NCBI GenBank assembly: GCA_963813525.1
Contig: CAWEZI010000005.1
Span: 174,798 to 198,797, forward strand
Origin: an uncultured Acidimicrobiaceae bacterium
Lineage (GTDB): Bacteria; Actinomycetota; Acidimicrobiia; Acidimicrobiales; RAAP-2
Length of the DNA stretch: 24,000 nt
Reading direction: 5' to 3'
Shown in pieces: positions 21,881 through 24,000 of this stretch. The position numbers and the translations under genes were made by a program. The stretch's first letter is position 1, and every line of letters starts with the position of its first letter. Below the pieces are notes generated by a model, which did not search any database, was not told the origin of the DNA, and was given only the letters and a program-made list of their open reading frames with translations.

Positions 21881-23493
21881 GCGTGGGAACTGACATCAGC
21901 ACCGCCGTCGGCGTCGGTGCTTTCCTCGGCGCGGGTCTGATCGGCAACGATCGCGCTTGGCTCGGACGGGTTGGGCTGTCGGGCCACCACTCCGGTGCCT
22001 GGCGTCCGGGTCTCCCCCCTCCTGGACGCCAGGCACCTCCCACAGGCGCTCGGCGCGGCCTTCGAGCCCTCCGGTCCACAAGTGCAACCGACCGAACGGC
22101 TCGCTGGGCCCGGGCTGCGGACCTGCGACCGTTGGTGGTGGGCAAGGTTGCGGGAGCCGACTCTCCGCCGGCCGGACGGTTGGTCCTCGGAAGGATGGGA
22201 AGGCGCCTGATCGCCACTGAGCGAGCCCAGTCCGTCATCGTCATTGGGCCGACTCAGTCGCGCAAGACGTCCGGCTTTGCCGTGCCGGCCATCATGGGCT
22301 GGGAGGGGCCGGTCATCGCGGCCAGCGTCAAGTCCGATTTGCTTGAGCACACCGTCGACCACCGGAGTCTGGTGGGAGCTGTCTGGTGCTTCGATCCCGC
22401 CGGTTCCACCGGTAGGGCGTCGGCGTCCTGGTCGCCGCTGCCCGCCTCACGCACATGGCCGGGGGCCCGCCGAGCGGCCTCGGCATTGACAGAGGTAGCC
22501 AAGTCGTCTGCCGGTTCGATGACCGACGGCGACTTCTGGTACGCAACGGCCGCTCGAATGCTGGGACCGCTCCTCTTCGCCGCGGCCTTAGGTGGCGGCG
22601 ACATGGATGATGTCATCCGCTGGGTGGACACCCAGGAAGAAGACGAGGTACTCCATTTGCTCGAAGGCACCGGAGTGGAGCCTGCTCTGCACGTTGCCCG
22701 TTCCTTGTTCGGGAAGGAGGAACGTCAGCGCAGCTCCATCTACACAACTGTAGAGACCATTCTCGAGCCTTTTGCCGGTCTCGTCCCTTCGTCACGGTCA
22801 TATGAGGGAGCCTCGACCTGGGCCGGTCCTGCCACTTCTCCTGTGCATCCTCCCGCTGGTGGAGAGATCGATCCTGCCACTCTGCTCCATGGTACGAACA
22901 CGCTCTATCTGTGCGCTCCGGCTCACGACCAACGGCGACTGATGCCGCTGTTCGTATCGGTGATTCGCCAGATCGTCGAGTACGCCTACGATCACGTGGC
23001 TCGTAGCCGACGACCACTGGAGCCACCGCTTCTCATCGTGCTCGACGAGGCGGCAAACATCGCCCCGTTATCGGATCTCGACTCACTGGCAGCCACTGCT
23101 GCGGGTCACGGGATTCAGTTGGTCACTGTCTGGCATGACATGGCTCAGATCCATGCCCGCTACGGCCAGAGATCTACCACCGTGGTCAATAATCACCGCG
23201 CCAAACTGTTTCTGTCGGGAATCTCGGACCCCTCGACGCTTGACTATGCCAGTCATCTCATCGGCGAAGAGGAGGTCGTTCTTCCGTCGGTAACGCTTGG
23301 AGGTCGTGGTCCGAACGGCGGCCCAAGCACAACTCATTCGCAATCCGTCCGTCGATTGGCGGCCCCCGATGTTCTGCGCCGAACCCCTGCGGGAGAGGCG
23401 GTGCTTCTCTACGGTGACCTACCACCAGCGCGACTGCGACTTCGAACATGTTTCGAGATGAAGGACCAAAAAGGTCGTACGGGCTCAGAGTGA
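21877..23493 (+). CDS. type IV coupling protein (VirD4/TraG-like, TraM-recognition-domain ATPase)
   Basis: 538 aa. Walker A is VIGPTQSRKTSG and Walker B is LLIVLDEAANIAPL, followed by HGIQLVTVWHDMAQI. It is the last gene of the coupled operon. Confidence 0.85.
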   Translation: MSVGTDISTAVGVGAFLGAGLIGNDRAWLGRVGLSGHHSGAWRPGLPPPGRQAPPTGARRGLRALRSTSATDRTARWARAADLRPLVVGKVAGADSPPAGRLVLGRMGRRLIATERAQSVIVIGPTQSRKTSGFAVPAIMGWEGPVIAASVKSDLLEHTVDHRSLVGAVWCFDPAGSTGRASASWSPLPASRTWPGARRAASALTEVAKSSAGSMTDGDFWYATAARMLGPLLFAAALGGGDMDDVIRWVDTQEEDEVLHLLEGTGVEPALHVARSLFGKEERQRSSIYTTVETILEPFAGLVPSSRSYEGASTWAGPATSPVHPPAGGEIDPATLLHGTNTLYLCAPAHDQRRLMPLFVSVIRQIVEYAYDHVARSRRPLEPPLLIVLDEAANIAPLSDLDSLAATAAGHGIQLVTVWHDMAQIHARYGQRSTTVVNNHRAKLFLSGISDPSTLDYASHLIGEEEVVLPSVTLGGRGPNGGPSTTHSQSVRRLAAPDVLRRTPAGEAVLLYGDLPPARLRLRTCFEMKDQKGRTGSE

Positions 23494-23505
23494 TACGCCG
23501 CACTC

Positions 23506-24000
23506 TCACTCCTGTTGTCGTCTCCAGCTCTCCCGACCGTCGAGGCTGTCGATCCCGAGCCCTGGTTCATGCCCGAAAGCGGGTGGGGGAGTGAAGGACC
23601 ACGCGGGAGTGCCGTTTTCGGCGGTACCAGTCCGGATGAGGTCCCATCCCTCGTAGGTCTTGAGGAAATGGTGGTGGTGACAGAGCCGGGCCAGATTGTC
23701 GAGGGCGGTCGGTCCACCTTCGGCAAAGGGGACGATGTGGTCGATCTCGAGGCCTGTGGAGAGGCCACAGCCCGGGACCACGCAAGCGGGGTCCCGGTGG
23801 AGGAGTGCGGTGCGCAGGGACCGGTTGATGGTGCGCCCGAAGTGGGAGACGGCCCGGATGTCGCCGGCCTGGTGGAAGAGGTAGCGCAGGTAGGAGTCGT
23901 CGGTCATGGACCGGGCCATGGGGACCGGGATGGGACCGACGTTGTCGATGGCACAGCACTCCCCGGGGTGTGCCCGGCCCCGGAGGAGGGCGGCGAGGTC
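23506..24000 (-). CDS. HNH endonuclease, DUF222-type, C-terminal part (gene continues beyond the window)
   Basis: LRTALLHRDPACVVPGCGLSTGLEIDHIVPFAEGGPTALDNLARLCHHHHFLKT is the HNH core. The frame stays open upstream of the M at 23919 to position 24000 (DLAALLRGRAHPGECCAIDNVGPIPVP...), which is typical of the DUF222 region. Confidence 0.85.
   Translation of the reverse strand, partial: DLAALLRGRAHPGECCAIDNVGPIPVPMARSMTDDSYLRYLFHQAGDIRAVSHFGRTINRSLRTALLHRDPACVVPGCGLSTGLEIDHIVPFAEGGPTALDNLARLCHHHHFLKTYEGWDLIRTGTAENGTPAWSFTPPPAFGHEPGLGIDSLDGRESWRRQQE

Noticed and set aside
23487-23506. Short inverted repeat AGAGTG...CACTCT spanning the convergent stops of the T4CP and HNH genes, a possible terminator.
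   Set aside because: It is only a 6-bp AT-containing stem with an 8-nt loop. This is insufficient to support a terminator call.

Overview
High-GC actinobacterial chromosomal window; I cannot assign a genus from the sequence alone. The left edge carries the 3' end of serS and a convergent SenX3/RegX3-like two-component pair (211-2315, minus strand). From about 2432 a translationally coupled, T4SS-like operon runs rightward: a VirB2/TrbC-like two-TM protein, a VirB6/TrbL-like polytopic membrane protein, an SCO6880-like protein, a VirB4-like ATPase and a VirD4/TraG-like coupling ATPase. It ends convergently against a DUF222/HNH endonuclease gene that runs off the right edge. The main result is that the VirB6/TrbL-like gene is split at 3600/17648 by a 14,047-bp integrated element (3601-17647). 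The junctions resolve to a shared 5-bp core, CCGTC, and removing the element restores an uninterrupted 615-codon ORF. The element encodes a large serine recombinase, an excisionase-type HTH protein, a P4/D5-type primase-helicase followed by a CTGACAC iteron array, a train of small coupled genes, and an HK97-fold major capsid protein with an N-terminal scaffold-like domain. I see no recognisable portal, large terminase, prohead protease or tail genes, so it looks like a phiRv1-like, satellite-like mini-prophage. Its right third has lower GC and is a cargo region. That region holds a minus-strand m5C methyltransferase / putative restriction endonuclease / HARE-HTH-like protein / Vsr operon. Upstream of it on the same strand are three uncharacterised small genes (one with a possible frameshift). 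The region also has a Cys-rich PGHD-motif protein behind a 9-bp ATG-containing tandem repeat, and an outward-reading RHH gene abutting attR. All functional calls come from motif recognition by eye and from memory of protein families. No database search was run.
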